64,000 nt of DNA from Patescibacteria group bacterium (GTDB taxonomy: Bacteria; Patescibacteriota; Patescibacteriia; Patescibacteriales; GWC2-42-12), in contig JBAZRI010000004.1 of the NCBI GenBank assembly GCA_041662965.1, positions 7,305 to 71,304 on the forward strand, in the 5' to 3' direction. The position numbers and the translations under genes are program-made. How positions within the stretch are numbered: the first letter of the stretch is position 1; every line of letters begins with the position of its first letter. Below, in pieces: positions 31,095 to 39,938 of the stretch. The notes beneath the pieces are model-generated. The model was given only the letters and a program-made list of their open reading frames with translations, had not been told where the DNA came from and made no database searches.

Positions 31095-31811
31095 ATGAAA
31101 AAACCCAAATATAAAAGAATTCTTTTAAAAATTTCCGGCGAAGCCATGAAAGGCGAAAGAGAATACGGCATTGATCCGGAATATGTTTCTTATCTGGCCA
31201 AAGAAATAGAGTCGGCTCATAAAACCGGAACGCAAATCGCCATCGTGGTCGGCGGCGGCAATATTTTCCGCGGCGTGGCCGGCTCTAAGCGCGGCATGGA
31301 CAGAGTAACCGCCGATTACATGGGCATGCTAGCCACGATTTTTAACGCCATGGCCCTGCAGGACGCTTTAGAAAGGCTTAAAATAACCACTAGATTGCAA
31401 ACCGCCATAGAAATGAAGCAAATCGCGGAAACTTTCATCCGCCGGAAAGCCTTAAGGCATTTGGAAAAAGGTCGGGTAGTTATTCTGGGCGGCGGCACCG
31501 GCCTGCCTTTTATCACAACCGACACGACCGCGGCCATGCGCGGCCTTGAACTTGGCTGCGAGGCGATTTTTAAAGCGACTAAGGTCGACGGGGTTTACGA
31601 TGACGACCCGCTGAAAAATGTTAATGCTAAAAAATTCACTACTTTAACCCTTGATCATGCTTTTCAAAATGATAAAATAAAAATCATGGATAAATCCGCC
31701 ATCTCTTTGTGCCGCGCCAATAATATCCATATTATCGTTTTTAAGCTTAACCAAAAAGGCAACTTTAAAAAATCGGTTATGGGAGAAAAGATCGGCACGA
31801 CTATTTGCTAA
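31095..31811 (+). CDS. pyrH: UMP kinase
   Basis: YKRILLKISGEA, VVGGGNIFRG and TKVDGVYDDDP motifs. Confidence 0.95.
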   Translation: MKKPKYKRILLKISGEAMKGEREYGIDPEYVSYLAKEIESAHKTGTQIAIVVGGGNIFRGVAGSKRGMDRVTADYMGMLATIFNAMALQDALERLKITTRLQTAIEMKQIAETFIRRKALRHLEKGRVVILGGGTGLPFITTDTTAAMRGLELGCEAIFKATKVDGVYDDDPLKNVNAKKFTTLTLDHAFQNDKIKIMDKSAISLCRANNIHIIVFKLNQKGNFKKSVMGEKIGTTIC

Positions 31812-31835
31812 AATTTTTTAACACAAAATAAGCAC

Positions 31836-31866
31836 AAAAAAAAGACGCTTTTAAAGCGTCTTTTTA
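31836..31866. terminator. Bidirectional intrinsic terminator
   Basis: AAAGACGCTTT/AAAGCGTCTTT stem flanked by A- and T-runs, between convergent genes. Confidence 0.75.
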
Positions 31867-31877
31867 AACTCTATTAA

Positions 31878-32648
31878 TCAAATCCGCTCTTCCGCGGCCA
31901 CAGCTTCCAATTCCAATTTTCTTATTTTTAAGCCAAGAATTTTTACGGTGATATATTTAACAATATATTTTACTGAAAAATTTATATAATATCCCATTAA
32001 AGCGAAAAAATTCTTCGGCGCCGTAACATTTTTAAATTTGCCGTATTTTATGGCCTGGAGCACGCTCTCGGCGGTTAAATCTACCGCTTCAATTATGGCA
32101 AAATCCGTATCAAGTTTTTTAAGCACATGCACGTCGGCCGTGGAGATAATCGGTTTTTTAAAGCGCCCGGCGATAGCGACGGCTCTCTGATTGTGAAAAT
32201 TCATTTTTTTTGAATAAGCGGCCGAATATTCTATAGCATCGAATAAATCAATATATTTTTTTAATTTTCTGGCGCCGACGGAGATAAAGCGGTTATAAGT
32301 CGGATGCGGAGCTAAAATAAATATTTCCGGATGCTCGCCTTTATATTTATGAAGCTGTTTAAAAGTTCTGACTTTTTCTATGGTCTTATCGCAATTTAAA
32401 ATAATTACGTGCTTGTTTAAAAAACGGCCCAGGCCGCGTTCAACGCCCGGAATTAAAAGTAGACCTTTCTTTTTGGCATATTCAGCAAATTCTTCTTTGA
32501 AAACAAATTTATTATGGGGCGTAAAGCCTAAAACATTAAAGCCGCTTTTTTTCGCCTCGTCAATCAAATTATAAACGTTATAGTTTATTATGTGACCGTC
32601 TTTTTTGTCTTCGCTGGTGTGAATATGCAAACTCGCCTTTAACTGCAT
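31878..32648 (-). CDS. PHP domain phosphoesterase
   Basis: LKASLHIHTSEDKKDGH N-terminus typical of the PHP family. Confidence 0.75.
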   Translation of the reverse strand: MQLKASLHIHTSEDKKDGHIINYNVYNLIDEAKKSGFNVLGFTPHNKFVFKEEFAEYAKKKGLLLIPGVERGLGRFLNKHVIILNCDKTIEKVRTFKQLHKYKGEHPEIFILAPHPTYNRFISVGARKLKKYIDLFDAIEYSAAYSKKMNFHNQRAVAIAGRFKKPIISTADVHVLKKLDTDFAIIEAVDLTAESVLQAIKYGKFKNVTAPKNFFALMGYYINFSVKYIVKYITVKILGLKIRKLELEAVAAEERI

Positions 32649-32729
32649 GCTGTAATTAAAATAATAATTAAACTACTTGCTATCTTATTATATCTAAAAT
32701 TAACACTTAAAACAAATTTTATGGTTTGG

Positions 32730-33470
32730 CTAGCGCCCTGAACCGATATTGTCAAAAATTATTTTTTCCCAAAGCGCCTGGCCAGCGGCCGATGGATGAA
32801 AAGCATCCGCGGCATAATAAATGTTTTTTTCAGAAAACGCCGCCTTAGTCGGCTCGGCAATATCTATATATTTAGCCCCGTAAGCCTCGGCCAACTCTTT
32901 AATAATGTTATTGAAGTCTGACGTTTGCCGGTCAAAATAACTGTTATAGGGCGGTAAAAAAGCGTTAGCGCCGATATACGGCAGGCTAATAGTGTAAATT
33001 TCAGCTGTAGTTTCTTTGGTTAAACGCCCTAAAATATATTTATAATTGGCAGTAAATTTTTCCCGGCCGTAAAAACCATGGACGTCATTAGTGCCGATCA
33101 ATAAAGTAATAATCTGCGGCCTGGCCGCTATGGCCGGTTCCAATAAATTTTTTATTAAATCGTCCGTGCGGTAGCCGGGATAAGAAAAATTTTGCAAAGT
33201 TACTCTGCCCTTCTCCGATAAATCCTCGGCTAATAAATAAGGAAAAGCTTCTTCATATTTATTTAAACCCATGCCCGAGGTTAAGCTGTCGCCAATCGCG
33301 GCGTAAGTTAAATTATCCCCCGCGGCCGCGCCGTTGAAGACATAAGAGTTTTGAACCGTCGGAGCTTTTAAACCGACGCGCCTGAACATATAATAAGCGT
33401 AAGCATTGGCCAAATATAAATATAAGCTAATGGCTAAAAGTAAAAATATTATAATAAATAATTTTTTCAT
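32730..33470 (-). CDS. SGNH/GDSL hydrolase, secreted
   Basis: Signal peptide MKKLFIIIFLLLAIS plus GDSLTSG, GTNDV and DAFHP blocks. The 10 extra codons in the track come from a repeat. Confidence 0.85.
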   Translation of the reverse strand: MKKLFIIIFLLLAISLYLYLANAYAYYMFRRVGLKAPTVQNSYVFNGAAAGDNLTYAAIGDSLTSGMGLNKYEEAFPYLLAEDLSEKGRVTLQNFSYPGYRTDDLIKNLLEPAIAARPQIITLLIGTNDVHGFYGREKFTANYKYILGRLTKETTAEIYTISLPYIGANAFLPPYNSYFDRQTSDFNNIIKELAEAYGAKYIDIAEPTKAAFSEKNIYYAADAFHPSAAGQALWEKIIFDNIGSGR

Positions 33471-33493
33471 AATTATTTTTTCCAATCCTCTCT

Positions 33494-33536
33494 CTGTCAT
33501 TGCGAGGAGGCCGTACTCAGCCGACGAAGCAATCTC
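33494..33536. repeat. CTGTCATTGCGAGGAG...GACGAAGCAATCTC repeat
   Basis: Same family as the TCATTGCGAGGAG copy at 2348. Confidence 0.7.
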
Positions 33537-33765
33537 ATTCTCTTATTACTTCTTCCAATCTTCAATAATTATTTTCCATTCTTCTGAATTACCCCAATCA
33601 TACCCAAATATAACGTCTTTACTTATTGCTCCGTTTTTTTATTTTTTTACTAATTATACTGTTATATTTTACCATTTTCCATCCCCAAAAATCAAGCTGG
33701 GGAGATAAAGGTTTGTTGAATAAAAAAACAACCTAACTAACCGTGGCAATGGCGCAAATACTGCC

Positions 33766-33794
33766 TTGACAATTTGTTAGCTTTAAAGTAAAGT
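33766..33794 (+). promoter_or_regulatory. Sigma70-type promoter of the GC-rich ORF 33861..34220
   Basis: TTGACA, 17-nt spacer, then TAAAGT. Confidence 0.5.
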
Positions 33795-33860
33795 TTTAAT
33801 AAAAATAATGGGCTATCGTACCATCAAACAAACAAATAAACAAAAAAGGGAGGTTATTGC

Positions 33861-34220
33861 ATGGTAAAATTTGCTCTAAAAAATGGGCAGGGCGCACGGC
33901 TTGATGTTAAGGCGGTACATAACATTTCCCGGAATCGTTGCCGATGCGATGGCGCCAATTGCGCCGTTATTATCGGTAATGTCTCGTCCGGCACCTTCCA
34001 GGTCGGAGACGAAATCGTCCTTGTAGACAATTCCGGCAAAAAGTTGCTCGAAGACAAAGTTGCCCGGTTGGAAATCAGCTGCCGGAAACATTTTGAAGTA
34101 TCAAAGGACAACCGCGTGGGGCTGTTGCTTGAGAAACACGACCCTAAAGATCTTCTTAAGCTCGGCATATCACTTCATAAGGTGCGCGCCACTCAATCCG
34201 CACACCCTTATGGGCCATAA
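33861..34220 (+). CDS. GC-rich orphan protein, translation-factor domain-II-like beta barrel
   Basis: SD GGGAGG before the ATG. GNVSSGTFQVGDEIVLVD...ARLEI...VSKDNRVGLLL resembles EF-Tu domain 2. A terminator follows. Confidence 0.6.
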   Translation: MVKFALKNGQGARLDVKAVHNISRNRCRCDGANCAVIIGNVSSGTFQVGDEIVLVDNSGKKLLEDKVARLEISCRKHFEVSKDNRVGLLLEKHDPKDLLKLGISLHKVRATQSAHPYGP

Positions 34221-34252
34221 CATAAATCAACCTAACTAATCGCCGTTCACCC

Positions 34253-34290
34253 GGGAAGCGCTAATTTCAACCTAGCACTTCCCTTTTTTT
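34253..34290 (+). terminator. Intrinsic terminator
   Basis: GGGAAG..CTTCCC stem plus a T7 run. Confidence 0.7.
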
Positions 34291-34372
34291 ATTTTCCACC
34301 CCTAAAAATTAAGCTTGCTAATCTGAACAACAAAAAAACAGGGCTTTTACAGCCCTGTTTTTTTAGTATCTT

Positions 34373-35035
34373 TTATAAATCACTGTCGGCTTCCGAGGTA
34401 TTCAAGTCTTGTCCCATTTCCACTTTGCAGCTTTTTAAATCAGTCTTATAAGCATCAAAAACAGTTTTTACGCTTTCTTTATATTTATCTTTAGCTTCAT
34501 TTTTAGCCTTTCTATAAGCCGTAAAAGCATTAACCATGGCCTTGGTTCTCTCTTGTTTGTCGCTTATGGCTAAAGCCGCCACATAGGCGTTTTTTCTGGT
34601 TTCCATGGCCGTTTTTATGGCCGCGGTATAGGCGTCTAGAGCGCTGATAACCGCGTTATCTTTTTTTATTAAAGCTGCCTGAACGCAAGCGATCGCCTCG
34701 GCGGAAATTTCAGTAGAGGAAATAACATCATTCATTTTTTTATAGCCATAAAGAGAATTGCCCATTTTTCTGATTTTAGTGAAATTTTTGATTTCCGCCA
34801 GGTTGGGGATTTTTTCTTCCAGCTTGGCTATCATCGTTTTAATCATGCGATAGCCATAAAGCGCTTCGCCCATTTTTCTGATTTTAGTGAAATTTTTGAT
34901 CTCCGCCGGCGTGGAAATTTTTTCTTCCTGCGCGGAAATAGTAACCGCCTCGGCCGTGTCCTCGGCTTTAGTCGGCATAGCCGCGAAAGGCAAAACCAAC
35001 ATGGCCATAGTCAGAATAACTAAAACTTTTTTCAT
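34373..35035 (-). CDS. Secreted protein with 36-aa internal duplication
   Basis: Signal peptide; AEIKNFTKIRKMG.(A/S)LYGY occurs twice (DNA repeats 34742-34799 and 34850-34907). Confidence 0.75.
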   Translation of the reverse strand: MKKVLVILTMAMLVLPFAAMPTKAEDTAEAVTISAQEEKISTPAEIKNFTKIRKMGEALYGYRMIKTMIAKLEEKIPNLAEIKNFTKIRKMGNSLYGYKKMNDVISSTEISAEAIACVQAALIKKDNAVISALDAYTAAIKTAMETRKNAYVAALAISDKQERTKAMVNAFTAYRKAKNEAKDKYKESVKTVFDAYKTDLKSCKVEMGQDLNTSEADSDL

Positions 35036-35106
35036 AGATTTTTATTTGGAGGCTAATTTGTTAAATTAGCTAATCCTTAATTAATTATAATCTTTAAAAA
35101 CTAGGC

Positions 35107-35688
35107 TTATTTGCCGGCCTGAATCTTCTCGGCGAACTTAGCGCCGATTTTTACCAGCTCATCGCCTGTAACGGCATCATGGACATAATGCATCCGGATA
35201 TATTTGTCGCCACCTAAAATTAAAACCACTTGCCAGACCTCGTTAGTATTATTACGCACGACGTAATTATCCATGCCGATTGACGGGTCGGTGCCATATT
35301 TACTGCCGTGCGTCTCGTTATAGGCTTTATCTTTGGCAAAGTCTTCGGTATCATAAACCGCTACGACCGGAGTTCCTCCCGGCTTGTCGCCGTATGGCGT
35401 ATGGTCATAATCATCGCTATAAAAAGTGTAATAAAAACAATTCTCGCTGCCGGTAATCGGCACTTCAACTTTAACGATCGGTTTGCCGATCGCGCTTTCT
35501 ATCAATTCTTTGGGAAAATAATTGCAGACATCGGCAAGGCCGCCAGCTTTTGTCTCCTCTGTTTTAGCTTCTTTTTGTTTAACTGCTCCTTGTTTGTCCA
35601 TTTCTTCCAATTTAGACACAACTTTCTTTTGCCCGCAGCCGGAAAGCACTAAAGCGAAAAATAATAATAAAATAACAATTTTTTTCAT
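35107..35688 (-). CDS. Lipoprotein, function unknown
   Basis: Lipobox LVLSGC; shares a domain with the protein at 38525..39520. Confidence 0.75.
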   Translation of the reverse strand: MKKIVILLLFFALVLSGCGQKKVVSKLEEMDKQGAVKQKEAKTEETKAGGLADVCNYFPKELIESAIGKPIVKVEVPITGSENCFYYTFYSDDYDHTPYGDKPGGTPVVAVYDTEDFAKDKAYNETHGSKYGTDPSIGMDNYVVRNNTNEVWQVVLILGGDKYIRMHYVHDAVTGDELVKIGAKFAEKIQAGK

Positions 35689-35731
35689 AATTTTATAGTT
35701 ATTTATAAATTGTGCCAGCTAATAATTATCT

Positions 35732-35833
35732 AGGCTGGGTTATATTTAGAAAATTTTCGTGCGAGGACTGTTTGAGCCCCGCAGTAGCGGGGCGAGTTCC
35801 GCAGTAGAAAATTTACTAAATATAACCCAGCCT
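35732..35833. ncRNA. Copy C of the conserved-core hairpin element
   Basis: Outer stem AGGCTGGGTTATATTTAG/CTAAATATAACCCAGCCT; same invariant blocks as copy A; apical stem GCCCCGC-AGTA-GCGGGGC. Confidence 0.6.
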
Positions 35834-35872
35834 TTACTGTCATAACTAACACAATCCATTTTACCTAGACAG

Positions 35873-38503
35873 CTAATACGTAATATAGCCGGGAAAATTT
35901 TGCGGCAAAACGTCTTCCATGGTGTATTGCTCGAATTTATCAACCGTGAACATATCGGTAAAGCCGGTAATGGCATTAACCGGATTGTCTAAAATGCCGA
36001 GAAAATAGCCGCCAATCTGCCTCCAGCTGGTACTGATTTTTGTGGTGGGCGGTTTTTGCGGATACCAAGTGATAAGCTTCTTATCCATATGATAGCCGGA
36101 CAACGCGCCTGAACCGTCGCCATCTGTTCCGATCACGCCTTTTTTCTGCACTCTGACCCACATTTTTACTTTAAAATTACTGTCCCAACTTACCGGAACA
36201 TTATTAAAGGTAAATACTTTTGACTTGGAATTTAAAGGATCTTGAGCCGAGCTCCAGAAGCCCTCATCGCTCCAAATTTCCTGACCGCCGGATTCTATGG
36301 CGACTTTATAAACGTCTATCTGTGTTTTTTTAGTGGAACAGCTGCCGGCCGCGATGGTGATCGGAATATCAATCGCCGAAGTTTCAATCGCGCCATCGCC
36401 TTCAACTTTATTGCATTCCCAGGCATCGCCTCTTGTGTTTATCACCAGTTTGCTGATTTTCGTCTGGCTGTCTGATTTATTAAAATCCATACCCATTTTT
36501 ACATTGCCCATCCCCCACCAGATATCAACATTATATTCCGGGATGAAAAATGAATTGGCCGGCGTGCCTTCGTGCTGGTGCCAAGAAACAATGTTCGCTC
36601 CGCGCTCCACGTGATTGGCGGTGGACGGTTTATACATCACCAAGTCATAATTATATTCATTGCCGGCCAAAATAGTTTCCGTAAATTCAGTATTAATAAA
36701 AGTCGGTTTTTTAAAAGTAAATTTTTTATTATTGCCGGCATTGATATTTAAATTAAAATGTCCGTCGGCGGCCGTGGTGCCGAGCATAGTGCCGTTTACA
36801 TAAATATCCGTGCTGGCCAAACCGTTGCCTTCATCGTCGGTCACTCGTCCGGAAAAATAAGCGGTTATGCCCGGAGCCATGGTTTTATCCAAAGCCTGAG
36901 TTGATAAAGGCGCTATAGCATAATTTGATTCTATAATTCTATTATAACCTTCGCGCGCAAATCTTAAGGTGTATGTTCCGCCGTTCAATAAAAAGCCATA
37001 TTTGCCTTGCGCGTCAGTTACAGCTTCTAGTCCTGCGCCTTCAATTCTAACCTTAGTCCAAGGTAAAACCGCGCCGGCCGTATTTTTTACAGTTCCGGAC
37101 AATAAAGCTTTTTTGTCCAGCTGATAATTAAAATAAGTCGTGTCTTCACTGTTTTTATTATAATTTAAGGTTTGGCTAATCGGGCGGTAACCCGGATAAG
37201 TTATATTAAGCGCGTAGCTGGCCGAGCCCGGACGATTTTCAAAAACCACGCTGCCATTAGTTATGGTTTTCGTCTCGCTGTTATTTAATTTTACCGTGGC
37301 TCCGTTTATAGGCTGGCCGTCTTCATCGCTGACATTAATAAATAAACAAGGGCAGGACAGTTGCGCCGGTTTTTCTCTAATTGAAATTAAATAGTTTAAT
37401 ATATTATTAGCTTCATTGGTTTCCGGTATGACATTTGTATAATCAAGTTTGGCGACTAAACCGACGATTGAACCTACCGGCACCGTGGTGGGAATTTTTC
37501 CAAATAAAGAAAAATCTTTAAACCAATTTTTAGCAATCGGACCAACGTTTTCCTCGCCAATTTTTATTAAGTTATCCGGATTACTGGGCAAGTAGTAAAA
37601 CAGCCCGACTTTTACATTCGGTATCACCGCTACATTATTATTGCGCACGCGCAAATTCATCATGGTATTTAAACCCGTGTAAGTGAATCTTGGTTTATAA
37701 TTTATGTCTTGCTGACTTAATATTAAATCCGGCGCGGTTAAATTTAAAAGATATATTTTTTCATTGTTAAGCTCATTGGTTTCAATAACCGTGCTATCCG
37801 GATCAGCTGCCGCCCTGATTGGATAGTCGGCTCCCGGAATATTATTCGGTACGGTCCAGGAAAAAGATTTTGCTGAAACTGAATTTTTATTGATACTGGG
37901 AATATTAATGGTAAAATTCGGCGTGCCGGTATTATCGCCTAAATAAACGTTAAGCCTGGCGTTAACCGCTTTAGTATCGCCGGTATTTTTTACTTTTACT
38001 TGTATGGAAACCTTCTGCCCGGCCTTAGGCTTAGAAACGCTGGTTTTTACTGAATCTATGGTTAAATCAATTTTTGCCCGGCTGACATTAGCGTTCATTT
38101 CCGCCGTGTTATTATTCTCGTTGCTTTCAATAATCGTCTTATCCGGGTCAGCCGTTGCCTTAAATATAACCGCTCCGGAAAGATTGAGCGGCAAAGTATA
38201 TTGATAATTTACAACGCTTTTGCCTTTTTTAGAAATAGAAATGATGTTTTTGCTGTAAACTTCGGCACCGTTAAAATAAAATTTTATTTTAACATTACTC
38301 GCCTTAGCCGTACCGCTATTAGCTACCGTGGCTTTAAGCGTAATTTTATCTCCGCCTTTGTAGCTCGCCGGCGTAATTTTTAAATCCGCGGCGCTAACCG
38401 ATAAATCAACGCTCGCGATGTCGGCAGCCGTGGCCGAAGCGATTAATATTGGGCACAATAGTATCGCCATCACGGCCAAAGAGAAGATTAAAAATTTTTT
38501 CAT
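35873..38503 (-). CDS. Large secreted protein with tandem CARDB-like and carboxypeptidase-regulatory-like domains
   Basis: Signal peptide; repeated DL.V....A.PG..V.I...V.N.G pattern; DEDGQPINGATVKLN segments. Confidence 0.8.
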   Translation of the reverse strand: MKKFLIFSLAVMAILLCPILIASATAADIASVDLSVSAADLKITPASYKGGDKITLKATVANSGTAKASNVKIKFYFNGAEVYSKNIISISKKGKSVVNYQYTLPLNLSGAVIFKATADPDKTIIESNENNNTAEMNANVSRAKIDLTIDSVKTSVSKPKAGQKVSIQVKVKNTGDTKAVNARLNVYLGDNTGTPNFTINIPSINKNSVSAKSFSWTVPNNIPGADYPIRAAADPDSTVIETNELNNEKIYLLNLTAPDLILSQQDINYKPRFTYTGLNTMMNLRVRNNNVAVIPNVKVGLFYYLPSNPDNLIKIGEENVGPIAKNWFKDFSLFGKIPTTVPVGSIVGLVAKLDYTNVIPETNEANNILNYLISIREKPAQLSCPCLFINVSDEDGQPINGATVKLNNSETKTITNGSVVFENRPGSASYALNITYPGYRPISQTLNYNKNSEDTTYFNYQLDKKALLSGTVKNTAGAVLPWTKVRIEGAGLEAVTDAQGKYGFLLNGGTYTLRFAREGYNRIIESNYAIAPLSTQALDKTMAPGITAYFSGRVTDDEGNGLASTDIYVNGTMLGTTAADGHFNLNINAGNNKKFTFKKPTFINTEFTETILAGNEYNYDLVMYKPSTANHVERGANIVSWHQHEGTPANSFFIPEYNVDIWWGMGNVKMGMDFNKSDSQTKISKLVINTRGDAWECNKVEGDGAIETSAIDIPITIAAGSCSTKKTQIDVYKVAIESGGQEIWSDEGFWSSAQDPLNSKSKVFTFNNVPVSWDSNFKVKMWVRVQKKGVIGTDGDGSGALSGYHMDKKLITWYPQKPPTTKISTSWRQIGGYFLGILDNPVNAITGFTDMFTVDKFEQYTMEDVLPQNFPGYITY

Positions 38504-38524
38504 AAAATTTATGTTAATTTTATT

Positions 38525-39520
38525 TTATGGATTATTGGCTATTTCATGAATCAGCCAAACGCCGCCGGCATTTTTTTCCAATGTTATCCAGCGGAAATTT
38601 TTTCCATTTTCCCAGCCCAGTCGCTCGCCTTCCGGCTTTACCTTAACCTCTAATTCTACTTTAAAAGTCTGGCGGGTCGGCGTCCATTCTTCTTTAAACG
38701 CTTCTTCCGTTTTATTAATTTTCAAAGATTCTATGGTATTGAAATTTACACCCCAGCCTTGCTTGGTATTCTCGTTCGCGTCCATCATCTGCAAAGCTTC
38801 GTCAATTTTTTTACCGCTTAGCTTGTCCAGAAATGAAATGGCAACGGCTTCTTGGCTCTCGCCCATTTCCGCTTTTTTAATCTCTGCTAAATCAATCGGA
38901 TTTTTCTCAATGTTTATTTTTAAGCGGCCATTTATTTTATCGGCCATAGCCGCGGCCAAAGTTATCAATTCGTCATCAGTAATCGCTTTATGCGAATAAT
39001 TCGCCCAGACAAAACGGTTAGGATTAATTATTAAATCAATCGACCAGATGCTTTTGTCCTTGCGATAACTGACAATATTTTCCATATTTATTCTCTGGCT
39101 TGTTTCAAGAGTTAGGCCTAAAAATTCCCGGCCTTCTTTTTGCTTGGCAACGCTTAAATTATCCAAGACAATAGAAATACTCGGCCCGCCGGCGCCGACA
39201 TAATCATATTTGGCGTCTTTATAAAAATCGTCCTTATAATCAGTAAAATAATCGCAGGCATAAACGGTCGCCAGCTTTGACGGCTCGACCCTGACAATCG
39301 GCTTTTTAATTATGGAGTAAATAAAATCGGCCGTAAATTCCTCGCAAATATTAGTACTAATATCGCCTTTCTTAGCTTTTTCTTCTTTTTGGCTTGATTT
39401 ATCTTCCACCTGGATAAAACCGCCCTTGCCGTCAGCTACGGTTATGGTGTTTTTCTTAGCGCAGCCGGCCAAGCCGAAAAGCAAGGCGATTGATAATAGC
39501 GAGAAAATAATTTTTTTCAT
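38525..39520 (-). CDS. Lipoprotein, function unknown
   Basis: Lipobox LFGLAGC; N-terminal domain paralogous to 35107..35688 (..C..F....I.S.I.KPIV.VE..). Confidence 0.75.
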   Translation of the reverse strand: MKKIIFSLLSIALLFGLAGCAKKNTITVADGKGGFIQVEDKSSQKEEKAKKGDISTNICEEFTADFIYSIIKKPIVRVEPSKLATVYACDYFTDYKDDFYKDAKYDYVGAGGPSISIVLDNLSVAKQKEGREFLGLTLETSQRINMENIVSYRKDKSIWSIDLIINPNRFVWANYSHKAITDDELITLAAAMADKINGRLKINIEKNPIDLAEIKKAEMGESQEAVAISFLDKLSGKKIDEALQMMDANENTKQGWGVNFNTIESLKINKTEEAFKEEWTPTRQTFKVELEVKVKPEGERLGWENGKNFRWITLEKNAGGVWLIHEIANNP

Positions 39521-39695
39521 ATTTTTAAAAAAATTAAGCTTATTATTTATTTAAAACTAACATAAAATGTTAAAAAAAGCAAGGCGATATTTACCCTGGT
39601 TTTTGTCCAACTTTTGTTCTATTCATTTAAACTCGGCAACGTCTCTTTTTATTATCATAAATAAAAAATCAGCTATTTAACTGATTTTTTGTTCT

Positions 39696-39743
39696 AAAAA
39701 AATTTTAGTAGGCAGGCAGAAGCGCGTTGGCTTCTGCCTGCCT
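39696..39743 (-). terminator. Intrinsic terminator
   Basis: 14-bp stem AGGCAGGCAGAAGC/GCTTCTGCCTGCCT plus a T-run on the minus strand. Confidence 0.65.
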
Positions 39744-39753
39744 GCTGCCTTTT

Positions 39754-39873
39754 TTATTTGCCATTATAGGCAAGTTTTCCGCAAAGCGGACAAATCGCTA
39801 TATGTCCGTTGCCATATTTTTCCAACTTTACTTTTACTTCTTCCTTGCAAGCCAAACAAATCACTTTTTCCAT
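39754..39873 (-). CDS. 39-aa zinc-ribbon micro-protein
   Basis: Own translation: MEKVICLACKEEVKVKLEKYGNGHIAICPLCGKLAYNGK (CxxC...CxxC), with the SD AGAGGGGGAG upstream and a terminator downstream. Below the ORF-track length cut-off. Confidence 0.55.
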   Translation of the reverse strand: MEKVICLACKEEVKVKLEKYGNGHIAICPLCGKLAYNGK

Positions 39874-39938
39874 TGCTCCCCCTCTTTTAGTTTTTCTGAT
39901 TAAAACATTAAAAATTATCTTTTAAATACGCGATCTAA

